Source of the DNA: an uncultured delta proteobacterium
Lineage (GTDB): Bacteria > Desulfobacterota > Binatia > Bin18
Assembly: GCA_963733195.1 (NCBI GenBank)
Contig: CAVTCR010000023.1
Coordinates: 1 to 47,658 of the forward strand
Direction: 5' to 3'
DNA length: 47,658 nucleotides
The notes beneath the pieces were generated by a model. It was not told the origin of the DNA. It saw nothing but the letters and a program-made list of their open reading frames with translations, and searched no databases. Position numbers and translations under genes: made by a program. This document shows positions 29,726 to 41,491 of the stretch, one piece after another (position 1 is the first letter of the stretch; every line of letters starts with the position of its first letter).

Positions 29726-29772
29726 TTCGCGTTCTTAAGAAAGCGACGACGAGAAATTCGCAATTGTAAGAA
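29726..29772. promoter_or_regulatory. Tandem candidate enhancer sites, pair 6
   Basis: TTCGCG-ttct-TAAGAA (29726) and TTCGCA-attg-TAAGAA (29757), 31 bp apart. Confidence 0.72.
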
Positions 29773-29816
29773 CTAGGCGACCGACCAACAAAGATTCGTG
29801 GAGAGGAAATACAACT

Positions 29817-31430
29817 ATGACAGCTTCTTCATCAGTCTCCCACAGCGCCGAGATGCCAACATTCACTGACCTTCTGGCTGCGCTCGCACATCCTGCATGT
29901 TATCCGCATCACCCAGCGAACGTTGAGGTCATGCAAACCCATATCTCTGCCGTCTTCTTGGCCGGTGACGAAGTCTATAAGCTCAAGAAGCCAGTGAGGT
30001 TTTCTTTTCTTGATTACTCTACACTGGAGTTGCGTCGTCATTACTGTGAGGAAGAAGTACGACTGAATCATCGGCTCGCACCAACTGTGTATCTCGGCGT
30101 CGTGCCCGTGCTAAGGACCAGCGATGGCTACCGTGTCCGTGAAGCCGTGAACATGCAGGATGCGACTGTGGTGGACTATCTCGTCCGCATGCGGCGTCTG
30201 CCGCCCGAACGGACGCTTGACGTACTGATTACCAATGGACAGGTTACGAAGTTCGGAATTCATGCGCTCGTGAAACGCTTGGTGCACTTTCACAATACTG
30301 CAGCAACCAGCGGTGCGGCAGAGTATGGTGCACCTGCAGTGGTGTGGCAGGCGTTAGCCGATAACTTCTCAGCGACGGCACCGTTTGTCGGCCAAACCAT
30401 CAGTGAACAACAATACCGTGTGATTCAGGAGTTCAGTCAGCAGTTCTTTGCCGAGCACCAGGAGTTACTCAAGGAGCGCGTTCTCCAGGATCGAGTGCGC
30501 GAAGGCCACGGCGACTTACGATGTGACCACGTCTACTTCCTCGATGAAGGCATCGCCATCATTGATTGTATCGAGTTTAGTCCACGCTTACGCACCTGTG
30601 ATGTCGCCTCAGAACTCGCGTTTCTGGCCATGGATTTGGAACTGCGTGGTGCAGTTACCTGGTCTGGTGAATTGGTCCGTGCCTACGCAACTCAGGCAGA
30701 GGATGAAGCGCTGTTTACCTTATTGCCGTTCTATCAGTGCTATCGGGCGTACGTACGTGGGAAAGTAGAGAGCCTCAAAAGTACGGAATCAGAGATCCCA
30801 GCAGAGGAACAGGAACGTGCACGGCAACAGGCTCGTCGCTTGTTTCGCTTGTCGTATCGCTATGCTCGGGGTGCACTGACTCCGGCGCTGATTGTAGTTT
30901 GTGGTCAGATTGGCACAGGCAAATCCACGGTAGCCCAATATCTGAGCGAGCAGACGGGTTTTGCTGTGCTGAACTCCGATGTGATCCGCAAGCGGCTCGC
31001 AGGCCTATTGCCAACTGCACGTGCAAGGGCGGACTTCTACCAACCGGAATTTACCCGTAAAACCTATGACGCGTTACATAACCAAGCTGAGGAGGAATTA
31101 CGCAGCGGACGTGGCGTTATCGTCGATGCGACTTACAAGCATCAAGACGATCGCAATGCCATTCTTGCATTAAGCAAACGGTGTCACGTTCCGGTGTTGT
31201 TTGTGGAGTGCCAAGCCAATGCGGCAACTGTCGAGAAGCGGTTACGCGAACGCGAACGCCGTGACGATACCGTCTCAGACGCAACATGGGCGCTTGCACA
31301 ACTGGAACGCGAGAGCTTCCCTCTCTTCAGTGATCTCCCGGAGCAATGCCATGTTGTCGTAGATACAGAGGGTGATATAGAAACAGCTCTCATGCGGGTT
31401 GAAGAGAGACTCGGCGTGAGAAAATCGTAA
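29817..31430 (+). CDS. Aminoglycoside-phosphotransferase-like / AAA_33 P-loop kinase fusion (Rv2004c-like)
   Basis: QTHISAVFL, YKLKKPV.F.FLDYST, EVRLNHRLAP, EGHGDL and IDCIEF, then Walker A GQIGTGKST, SDVIRK and VDAT. Confidence 0.9.
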   Translation: MTASSSVSHSAEMPTFTDLLAALAHPACYPHHPANVEVMQTHISAVFLAGDEVYKLKKPVRFSFLDYSTLELRRHYCEEEVRLNHRLAPTVYLGVVPVLRTSDGYRVREAVNMQDATVVDYLVRMRRLPPERTLDVLITNGQVTKFGIHALVKRLVHFHNTAATSGAAEYGAPAVVWQALADNFSATAPFVGQTISEQQYRVIQEFSQQFFAEHQELLKERVLQDRVREGHGDLRCDHVYFLDEGIAIIDCIEFSPRLRTCDVASELAFLAMDLELRGAVTWSGELVRAYATQAEDEALFTLLPFYQCYRAYVRGKVESLKSTESEIPAEEQERARQQARRLFRLSYRYARGALTPALIVVCGQIGTGKSTVAQYLSEQTGFAVLNSDVIRKRLAGLLPTARARADFYQPEFTRKTYDALHNQAEEELRSGRGVIVDATYKHQDDRNAILALSKRCHVPVLFVECQANAATVEKRLRERERRDDTVSDATWALAQLERESFPLFSDLPEQCHVVVDTEGDIETALMRVEERLGVRKS

Positions 31431-31548
31431 GTAGTCTGGCTGGAAGGTGTATGTCTTTTACGCGCAGAACCTTATGAATAGACAGTTTGCGTTCTAGCCG
31501 CGTTTTTTCTTACCTAACTTCTCACATTGAAGATAGAGTCTTCAAGAT

Positions 31549-31672
31549 TTTTTTGATTATAGTCAAAAAATAAGATCACCCTAAGTATTTCTATCTACGT
31601 TATCTTATTTCTATCTTTTTTTGTCTGTGATGATTCGTAATATTGTTAGAAAATCAAATTATGACTATAGTC
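31549..31672. promoter_or_regulatory. Two related palindromic operator-like sites in an AT-rich spacer
   Basis: TTTTTTGATTATAGTCAAAAAA (31549-31570) and TGACTATAGTC (31662-31672). Confidence 0.5.
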
Positions 31673-31922
31673 TTTTAAAGGTTGAATCCGCTAAAACATG
31701 AAACTCGTCTTAGGTGAGGTAGGCGGTGTGTCCGTCGCAACTTTACCATGACGAGGGACCCAGCAAGTTGACAAGACCCTTCAAGTGCTCGACGGCAACG
31801 ACGAAATACCTGTTTGGAGGAAATCGACAGCAATGATCTGGATCTGATGGCGGCTGAGGCAAGAAGAGATCGACTCCCAAAATGTTAACGGCAGCGACAA
31901 TCAGCAGTTGCTTGCCTAGCGA

Positions 31923-32290
31923 TCAGAATTTTTCCTTAAACGGGCGCAGCTCCAACGTTCAAGCGCTACGATCCTGATGCGCCAGATGCCAATACGTCTC
32001 GGCGATCGCGACGGACTTCAACAAGTCCTCGTCTTTCATCTATGTGTAGCGCTCGCGTCTTCCAGGGATGTCGATGACTCCATCGACGTTGATCCACGCG
32101 ACATGAATGCCTTTAGGACCGAGATCGCGCGCTAACGATTGCGTGAGCCCACGCAGCGCAAATTTGGCCGGACCGAACGCGACGGACTTGGGGCCAGCCT
32201 TCACTCCTGCGGTTGCACCGGTAAACAGAATGACACCGCGCCCGCGCGTGATCATGACAGGAACAACTTCCTTCGCACTTACAAAGGCAT
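31923..32290 (-). pseudogene. SDR oxidoreductase, C-terminal half with two nonsense mutations
   Basis: ILFTGATAGVKA...FGPAKFALRGLTQSLARDLGPKGIHVA...YT*MKDEDLL...YWHLAHQDRSA*TLELRPFKEKF. The N-terminal Rossmann motif is missing. Confidence 0.85.
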
Positions 32291-32429
32291 GATGATGAAC
32301 GTTCTTCTTCTCGGATGACTTGTCACCGAGCGTTCCTCATGTAAGAAAGGGGTTTCCCCAACGCTGTGCCTCACATACAACAACGCATAAAATCAGGTGG
32401 CACTCGCAATTTATAAAAAGGAGCGAACT

Positions 32430-32915
32430 ATGGCTCAGAATCTTGAAGACCGATTAGTAGCTTTGGAAGCAAAGGTCCAACAACTCACCGATGCGGAAGA
32501 AATCAGAAGATTACGCTTTCGCTATCACGAGTGTGTTAATGAAACCAAACTTGCAGAGATCCCTGATCTATTTACTGACGACGGAGATCTGGACTTTGGC
32601 TATTTGGGAAAAGCTCACGGAAAAGCGGAATTGAAAAAATTCTTCGATGCACTGCCCAAGCTGCTGTCGTTTGTGAAGCAGTTCATCCACAATCATGACA
32701 TCGACCTACAAGGATCAACCGGCCATGGCTTGAGCTATCTGGAGGCAAGGACTGTATCCAAGGGTGAAAGTTATATGGTTGCGGCCCGCTATGACGATGA
32801 ATATGTCAAAGTTAACGAACAGTGGAAATTTAAGAAGATGTCTCTGACGCCGTATTTCACCGTGCCCCTCCGTGAAGGTTGGGCACAGGAAGATCGTTTG
32901 AAAATGGGGCGGTAA
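32430..32915 (+). CDS. SnoaL-like / NTF2-fold protein
   Basis: LTDAEEIRRLRFRY, DLFTDDG and RYDDEYVK...WKF. RBS AAGGAG. Confidence 0.85.
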   Translation: MAQNLEDRLVALEAKVQQLTDAEEIRRLRFRYHECVNETKLAEIPDLFTDDGDLDFGYLGKAHGKAELKKFFDALPKLLSFVKQFIHNHDIDLQGSTGHGLSYLEARTVSKGESYMVAARYDDEYVKVNEQWKFKKMSLTPYFTVPLREGWAQEDRLKMGR

Positions 32916-32928
32916 AATCACTCTGTAA

Positions 32929-34062
32929 CTACCGATATCCGCGAACGATCGGCCAGACTTCCTCAACACGGTCCTCGCGGATACAGAACACCTGGTCGTA
33001 GAGGTTTACGTTCGGGTCACAGTGCGGTACCAGAAATTCGAGTTTGTCGCCCAGTTTGATCTCACGACTCGGCTGAGCCAACGCCAATATCCCATGCTCA
33101 TCACCACCGAAGTGATACGTCACTCCGCTGATGCCTTTTGGCTCTGGTCCGAATTGTCGGTCAGTAGCAAAGGCCTTGAGCCCGGCATCAATGGTCGCCA
33201 ACTCAGAATGGCTCTTACTTACAACAGTAGATAACACCGTAAGCGAGTGAGCAAAGTCTTGGTAGACTGGTCCATCTTCTCCGCCAATGTCGCGATATTC
33301 AATATCCATGAACACGTACGAACCAACTTGCAGTTCGCTCATGCCCAGGAAAGTAACAATCGATGTTGTAAGTGCCAGTACTCCCACCACTCATGATCTT
33401 AAGCGGAAAGCCACGCTTGCGTAATTCTGCAAATAATTCTAGGGCTGGAGTCATGGCTTGTAGCGAATGCGCACGTCTCGCTTCATAGCCCACAACATGA
33501 GCGTGGTGCCACTGTAACATTGCAAGCCAAGCAATTGTAGATGCGAGCAATCTCGCAAAAAACTCCAGCAAGGCAAGGCACCCTCACCTGCAGGAATCCC
33601 TGTGCGGTGCATACCAGGATCAATATCAACCAGTACGTTCAGAGTGCATCCGTGCACTTGCTGCTGCTTCACTCAATTGCTCAGCATGAATGGCATCGTC
33701 GACCACTGTCGTCACTTCAGGTTGCCGTACAGTCAGTCCTACAAGCCGTGATATCTTTCTCACGTCCTGCCATCGGGGAAGTAATCAGTACACTGGCGAT
33801 ACCAGCATCAACCAACGCTTCAGCTTCACTAATGGTCGCAGCACATACTCCAACTGCACCAGCAGCAAGTTGACGCTTAGCGATTTCTGGACATTTATGA
33901 GACTTGGCGTGAGGTCGCAAGTTAATGCCCGTAGACTTCGCATGTAGCCAACATCTTACAATATTTGCCTCGAGAAGATCAAGATCGATCAGCAACGCTG
34001 GTGTTGGTAGTTCGGCAATATCCAGACCGATGAAGGATCGTAAGATTATCAAACTGTGCCAT
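32929..34062 (-). CDS. DSD1 / D-threonine aldolase family PLP enzyme (multiple frameshifts)
   Basis: LPTPALLID, LRPHAKSHKC (PLP Lys), MHRTGI, SGGSTGT, ELQVGSYVFMD, DAGLKA, GDEHG and PHCDPNVNL. Confidence 0.88.
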
Positions 34063-34084
34063 TGCTAAGTCCCCTAAGTCACAC

Positions 34085-35522
34085 TCAGAATCCCTTCGGC
34101 CTCGGACACCCGCCTACCATCTTCAATAACTCCTTCGCCACATGTAGCGTCGATCGGTCATAAAATACGGTCCGACAATTTGAATCCCAATTGGTAAACC
34201 ATTGGAGGCGTCCAACAGGAACAACCGTTGCCGGCAGATAGCATGCACCAGCCGGGGCCATCCACGACACCATATCCCAATATGGACGGGGCTCACCGGC
34301 AACCAGACACAGTGCGTCCGGCTTCGGTTCTGAATGATCGTGTGTGATCGCCTCACAGGGCATCACTGGTAGCAACATGATGTCCCAGTTGAGAAAAAGT
34401 CTTCCCATTGTTTGCGCATTTGCATGCGTCGCTCATTATAGCTGAGCCACTCGCGATGGCGCATGGCGAACAAGCGGCGTGTGCGTGCGACGGAGGAATC
34501 TCCTTCGGCTGTCGCAAATACCTCAATTTTGTCCCGCGACGCTCCACCAGCCAGTGCGGATTGTAAAAAGCCAGGAACGTATCCACCACTTTCTCTAACG
34601 TGAATCCTGGGCGTGCAGACATATCAACCGTTGCTCCAGCTCCTGCTAATGACTGCGCAGCTTTTTCTAAGAGCACTCTCACTTCTGGTTCGACTTTGCA
34701 GCGAGGATCATCAAGCCAAGCCGCAATTCGATACTCTCGCAACGTTGCTCGCCGTGGTGGAGGTAATTGCGAGTCTCCATGCAGGTTGCTCCCAGCGATT
34801 GGGACCTGCCATAAGATCGAAACCAAGTTCAAGGTCTTCAACAGTCCGGGCCATTGGGCCTGCAACAGCCAAGATCAGCAAGCGTTAATGTCCCTGGGGG
34901 TCCAGGAATCTGACCGTGAGCCGGGACAACACCATAGCTTGGCTTATGCCCTACCACGCCAGACATATGGGAAGGCAAACGAATTGATCCGCCAATGTCA
35001 CTGCCCATTTCTAGCGGGGTAAAGCCACATGCCAGAGCTGCTGCCGATCCGCCAGATGAACCACCAGGGGTGCGAGTAACATCATATGGATTGTTAGTCG
35101 TACCAAATACCTCATTATAACTTTGCAGATCCCCTGCGTAGATTGGCAGATTAGTCTTACCAAAGATAATTGCACCAGCTTCGCGTAATCGCGCCACCGG
35201 CCAGGCATCTTCTGGGGGAATGAACTGTGATAACTCCGGTGCGCCGGACGTAGTCCGCATACCAGCAGTTTGAAACGAGTCCTTGATCGTCATGGGAACG
35301 CCATGTAGTGGTCCCCGTACTTCACCTCGCGCCAAGGCCGCATCTGCAGCATCTGCTTCGCTCCGTGCACGCGCCGCATCAATCGTTACAACAGCGTTAA
35401 TCGTTTTGTCGAGCTTTTCCACACGAGCTCAGAAAGTAGTCCAACGCTTCTCGACTCGAAATGTCGCGTTGACGAATTTTCCTGGCAATCTCGATGGCAC
35501 TCAAATACGCGAGTTCAGACAT
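34085..35522 (-). CDS. Amidase signature family protein (multiple frameshifts)
   Basis: GPLHGVPMTIKD, GKTN, TPGGSSGGSAAA and GSDIGGSIRLP. Confidence 0.9.
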
Positions 35523-35582
35523 GATCCCTCCTTTTGCTTTCCCGTACCGGTTCTATCCCTTCAGTTTCGGTAGCTCAATCGA

Positions 35583-37779
35583 TTACTGAACCCTTCTTGT
35601 TGCTGCCGCCCTGGCGTTGGTGTGGCGGTGCGCCGCTGGCACCGAGCTATCCCGCATCGACAGGGAAATCCGTTTGCGTGCCAGGTCAACTTCTACCACT
35701 GTAACCGTCACCTTCTGCTGAACCTTGACCACATCATGGGGATTCTTCACGAAATGGTTCGCTAGTTGGCTAATATGGACAAGACCATCTTGATGAACGC
35801 CAATGTCGACAAAAGCACCAAATGCCGTCACGTTGGTCACCACACCAGGAAGCTTCATCCCGGGTTTTACATCTTCGAGTTTGTCCACTCCGTCGGTAAA
35901 CCGTACAACCTCAAACTGCGCCCGTGGATCACGTCCCGGTTTCGCGAGTTCGAGCAGAATATCATTGAGAGTTGGTAAGCCAACCGTATCGGTTACGTAT
36001 GTGCTTGGCACAATCTGTTTCCGCAGCGCATCCTCGCGCAGTAAATCACTGACTGTACACTTGAGATCATGTGCCATTGTTTCAACTACTGTGTAACGCT
36101 CAGGATGAACCGCACTCGTATCAAGCGGGTGTTTGCCATCACGAATACGCAAAAATCCCGCGGCTTGCTCGAACGCTTTGGGTCCGAGCCGTGGAACTTT
36201 TCGTAAATCTGTGTCGCGAGACAAATGGTCCGTTGGCATCACGAAAGGTTACGATGTTCTGGGCTAATTGCGGTCCCAGCCCTGACACGTAAGTCAAGAG
36301 TTGTTTACTTGCGGTATTGACCTCTACACCGACGCTGTTCACACAACTCATCACAACATCGTCAAGTCGTTGTTGCAGTCCGCTTTCATCAACATCGTGT
36401 TGATACTGCCCTACCCCGATCGATTTGGGATCTATCTTCACTAGTTCAGCGAGCGGGTCCATTAATCGTCGACCAATCGACACAGCTCCACGCACGGTGA
36501 CATCATGATCAGGAAACTCTTCGCGGGCGACATCAGATGCCGAGTACACCGATGCACCGCTCTCGTTGACCATAACCATAGCAATCGACTGCGAGAGAGT
36601 AAGTTGGCGAACAAAGGCTTCGGTCTCCGACCGGCTGTGCCGTTGCCAATCGCAATGGCTTCAATAGGGAATTTTTCACACACAGTGCGTAAGCAGTCGC
36701 TGCCTCAGCCGCTTGTCTTTCACCCGAATGCGGAAAGATCGTAGTCGAATGCAACAATTGCCCTTGACGACCAAGGATGACTAACTTGCACCCTGTACGA
36801 AAGCCAGGATCAAGGGCCAGCACCATCTTCTGTCCCAATGGTGGAGGCGAGCAAAAGCTGCGCGCAGATTATCGGCAAAGACCGTAATTGCCGCTTCATC
36901 TGCGCGCTTCTTAGTGAGAAGACGAGTTTCGGTTTCAATCGAAAGTGAGAGTAAGCGGCGAAAACTGTCATGCACTGCTTGTGTGACCTGTTCCGCTGCG
37001 GCATTCCTCGCCTTGACGAAGCGCCGCTCTAAGAGTCCTAACGCCTCTTCTTCAGGCACACGCACACGAAGGGTTAAACATTCTTCTTTTTCTCCACGCC
37101 GCATCGCCAACACCCGATGTGAGGGAGCTGTTGAACCGGCTCTTGCCAGTCGAAGTAATCAGCAAATTTACTTCCTTCAGCTTCTTTCCCCGGTATGACT
37201 TGCGAGTGAAACACGCCTTTGGTGAGGTACAGCTCACGCAGTCTTTCCCGGGCTTGCGCATCTTCGCTCACCCATTCGGCCATAATATCACGCGCGCCAG
37301 CAAGCACGTCGGCAGCGGAAGAGAGGTCTTTCTCTGGGATCGATGAAAAGCTTGTGCTTCAGCGAGTCGGATCAACTCCACCTTGCTCCCATAAACGTTG
37401 CGCGAGCGGCTCCAAACCACGCTCCTTGGCAATGGTCGCACGTGTTCGTCGTTTCGGACGATAAGGAAGATACAAGTCCTCCAATGCTGTCAGTGTTTCT
37501 GTTGCCAGGATTTTGGCCTGCAGTTCGTCCGTCATTTTTCCCTGGTCGGTAATGGACTTGAGAATCGTCTCGCGTCGTTTGTCGAGTTCTTCGAGCTGTG
37601 CAAGTCGATCACGAATAGATGGTGATCGCCACCTCGTCTAGACTGCCAGTCGCCTCCTTGCGGTAGCGCGCGATAAACGGGACCGTCGCATCTGCGGCCA
37701 ACAGGGTTGCTGTAGCTTCGACTTGTCGTGGGGATACCTTGAGTTCGTTAGCAATAAGCGAGATATGATGTGGGTTCAT
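35583..37779 (-). CDS. tex: Tex/YhgF RNA-binding transcriptional accessory protein (multiple frameshifts)
   Basis: [53 protein letters not shown], and an S1 domain [18 protein letters not shown]. Confidence 0.93.
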
Positions 37780-37814
37780 ACTTTATCTGATGTTTTATTC
37801 ACGTTAACGGATTG

Positions 37815-40800
37815 TTACCACGTATCAATACATGGACGTTTCTTACCTTCTCTGGGTATGGGTGATGGTGCAGCTCGCAATGCCCCCAGAATCCAGCGTC
37901 GCGACTCCATTGGGTCAATCACATCGTCAATCTCAAAATGTGAGGCAATGTTCAGTCCCTTACCATGTTCGTACGCCTTGACCACCATTTTATCGAACAA
38001 AGCTTTTCGCTCTACTGGATCGTCAACTGCCTCTAATTCTTTGCGATAGCCGAGTTTCACCGCGCCCTCGAGTCCCATCCCGCCGAATTCCCCAGTGGGC
38101 CATGCGACCGTAAAGATCGGCGCCTTAAAACTCCCACCTGCCATGCCTTGCGCGCCAAGGCCGTAGCCCTTGCGCAATACGATCGTAAAGAACGGAACTG
38201 TCAAATTTGCGCCGATGACGAACAGGCGACTGCAATGGCGCACAAGGGCTGTTTTCTCGACCTCAGGACCGACCATCATCCCTGGCGTGTCACACAGAAG
38301 CAACAGCGGGATATCGAACGCATCACAAAGCTGCATGAAACGGGCAGCTTTATCAGCGCCGTCGCTATCGATTGCTCCGGCAAGGTGTGTCGGATTATTC
38401 GCAATCACTCCGACTGGGCGACCTTCGATCCGTATGAACGCAGTCACCATACCAAGCCCGAAATGACGGCGAATCTCCAGTACTGACCCAGTATCCGCTA
38501 GCGTATCAATAACTCTACGCACATCGTAGATACGCAATCGATTCTCAGGAATGATGCCGCGTAACAATCGCTGATCAGCACACTCCCAGTTCTGTACTGG
38601 CCCCTGAAAATACGACAAGTACTGCTTAGCAACACGGACAGCCTCAGCTTCATCCGCCACAGGAATATCCACCACACCGTTCGGCACTTGTACAGCCATT
38701 GGTCCAACTTCTTCAGGTCGGAAAACACCCAGACCTCCGCCTTCGATCATGGCCGGACCGCCCATGCCAATGTTGGAATTGGCTGTGGCGATGACTACGT
38801 CACAGCATCCTAGGATCGCGGCGTTGCCTGCAAAACAGCGACCCGAGTTAATTCCGATGAGTGGCACTAAGCCACTGAGCCGGCCCCAATAGTGAAACGC
38901 CATCACATCCAGCCCTGCGGGACTGATCCAATCCGTGTCTCCCGGTCGTCCACCTCCACCTTCGGTGAAGAAAATCACGGGTAGACGTAACCGTTCCGCT
39001 AGTTCAAACAGCCGGTCTTTCTTCAGATGATTCTTGAAACCCTGAGTCCCGGCTAACACCGTGTAATCGTACGACATCAATATGCAGCCAGCACGGCTTT
39101 GATCAAAAAGTTCTCCGTTCACTCGTCCGATTCCAGCAATCATGCCGTCAGCTGGGGTGCGTTTCATTAAGTCGTCGAGTGTCCGACGCGAACGTTGCGC
39201 CGCGATCACCAGTGAACCGTATTCAACATACGAGTCCGGATCACAAAGGTCGTCGATATTCTCACGCGCGGTTCGTTGCTTCGTCTTTCGGCGTCTTTCC
39301 ACAGCGTCAGGCCGTTGCCCGTCGAGCGTTAGGCCATGACGGTGATTCACCTCAGCCAAGTCTGGTCGAATAAGGTCGAGGTTTACTTCAGTCGCATGTT
39401 CATCTGCTGTCACGACCACGTCGCCTTCTTCGATGAATACGAGTGGATGGCCCTCAAAAATCGTATCTCCCTTCGTCACCTCAATACGACGCACAGTACC
39501 ACTACGATCAGCATGGATGACGTGCTCCATTTTCATCGCTTCCATGATCAACAGTTGCTGCCCTTGGTGGATGCTATCTCCCTCCTTCACGTCGACACTG
39601 ATGATCGTCCCTTGGATAGGTGCGGCAATCGGAATGGTGTTTTCAGGTCCATTCATCGAGGGTGCCGGAGTTTGGAAAGACGATACAGATGAAGACGTAA
39701 GTTCGAGATTATCTTCTCCCTTCCCATGTGCGAGCACCGCCAAGGGATCAACCGTTGCCAACTTGACTCCAGCACGGGTCGGGGTGGTCGCCGGTGCAAA
39801 GAATAGCCGCTGGTGACCGTTCTGCCCTTGAGCGACAAGCTCAGCGGCGTGTTCATCGACAAAGCGCGTATAGACACGGTTCGCTATAACGTCGGGATGT
39901 TGCAATAGGCTTTGCAAAAATGGGATGTTCGTTGACACTCCCTCAATCTTAAACTCACAGAGTGCGCGATATGCCTTGCGAACGACATCAGGAAAAATCG
40001 TCGATCCCGAATGGGTAATCACTTTCGCCAGTAAGGAATCAAAGCTCACGCTCGTCCGATACCCAACATAGCCAAAGGAATCGACGCGGATGCCAGGACC
40101 AGAGGGAACCTCAAAAGCAGACAGCGTTCCACCAGATGGTCGAACCGTGCCATCTGGATTCATCGTTTCCATGTTTACACGTACTTGCATTGCAAAGCCA
40201 CGTGGTTCTGCAACGTGTCGTTGCTGCATACCAAGCTCGGAGAGCGACTTACCCGCAGCAAGACGTAACTGTGTCTGTACAAGATCAATACCGGTCACTT
40301 CTTCGGTCACTGTATGTTCGACTTGTAGTCGCGGATTGGCCTCAATGAACACAAAGGCTGCGGTGTCATCAGTCGCTGAGGCATCCACCAGAAACTCAAA
40401 CGTCCCGAGGCTATTGTACTGGACTGCTGCCGCCATACGCACGGCAGCCTGTGTAAGTCGTTCTCGCAAGCTTGATGACAAACCTGGCGCAGGCGCAATT
40501 TCGATGATCTTTTGATGTCGGCGCTGGATACTGCACTCTCGCTCGCCAAAATGCGTCACCGCACCTGTTCCATCACCGAGAATCTGCACTTCGATATGAC
40601 GCGCACGAGTAAGCATCTGTTCCACATAGACGTCTCCGTTACCAAACGACTGCAGCGCCTCAGATTGGCAACGGGTATATGCCTCTTCGACATCTTCTAC
40701 ACGTTGGACGACTCGCATGCCACGACCACCACCACCTGCTACGGCTTTAATGATCATCGCCTCGCCACGCAACGAAGCAAGAAACGCTCGCGCTTGTTCG

Positions 40801-41220
40801 AGCGTCGTTGCGGTCGAAGTACCCTTTTGTACTGGGACACCGCAATGTTCAGCTAACGCTCGTGCCTGCACTTTGTCGCCAAAGAGTTCCAGGATTTCCA
40901 CGCGCGGACCAATAAAGGTAAGCCCAGCTTCAGCACAGCGTCGGGCAAAAAGAACATTCTCGCTGAGGAATCCGTACCCAGGATGAATTGCATCACAGCC
41001 AGCGTCCTTGGCGCGTGCAATGATAGTGTCGATATCGAGATATGCTGCTACACCTTTGCCATGCAGAGGTTGCGCTTCGTCAGCTTCGCGTGTGTGCAAT
41101 GATTGACGTTGAGTTTGTTAGGGAACCTGCTACGGTCCGAATTTCCAGCTCCGCAGCGGCGCGCATGATGCGGATCGCAACCTCGCCTCGATTGGCGATC
41201 GAAAGACTTTTGATGTCCAT
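37815..41220 (-). CDS. Single-chain biotin-dependent acyl-CoA carboxylase (BC-BCCP-CT fusion), frameshift near 41110
   Basis: IANRGEVAIR, HPGYGFLSEN, GGGGRGMR, RECSIQRRHQK and EANPRLQVEH; biotinyl motif EAMKM; CT motifs DYTVLAGTQG and LCDTPGMMVG. Confidence 0.93.
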
Positions 41221-41491
41221 GAGTGCCACTTTCTAGATCAGTCAGAAGGACATTACGGCTAACTGATTTCTATAAAAATGCAAGGTGAGTACTCATGCAA
41301 TCTGACGCATCGTTAAGGCGATACGTTACACCTTTTGTGTGAGATGAACAGTAGGAGCATCAACTGTGAGTGGAATTGCTTCACGCGTACTGCCATTGCT
41401 ATTATCCGCGAGATTCTCGTTACCGCCGCAGTGAGCGGTGTGAGCTGCCTGACTCAAAGGTTGGAACAAACAGAGTGAAGGAGGCAATATA

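Noticed and set aside
31698-31751. 17-codon ORF MKLVLGEVGGVSVATLP after the palindromes
   Set aside because: Too short, weak RBS and no recognisable continuation.
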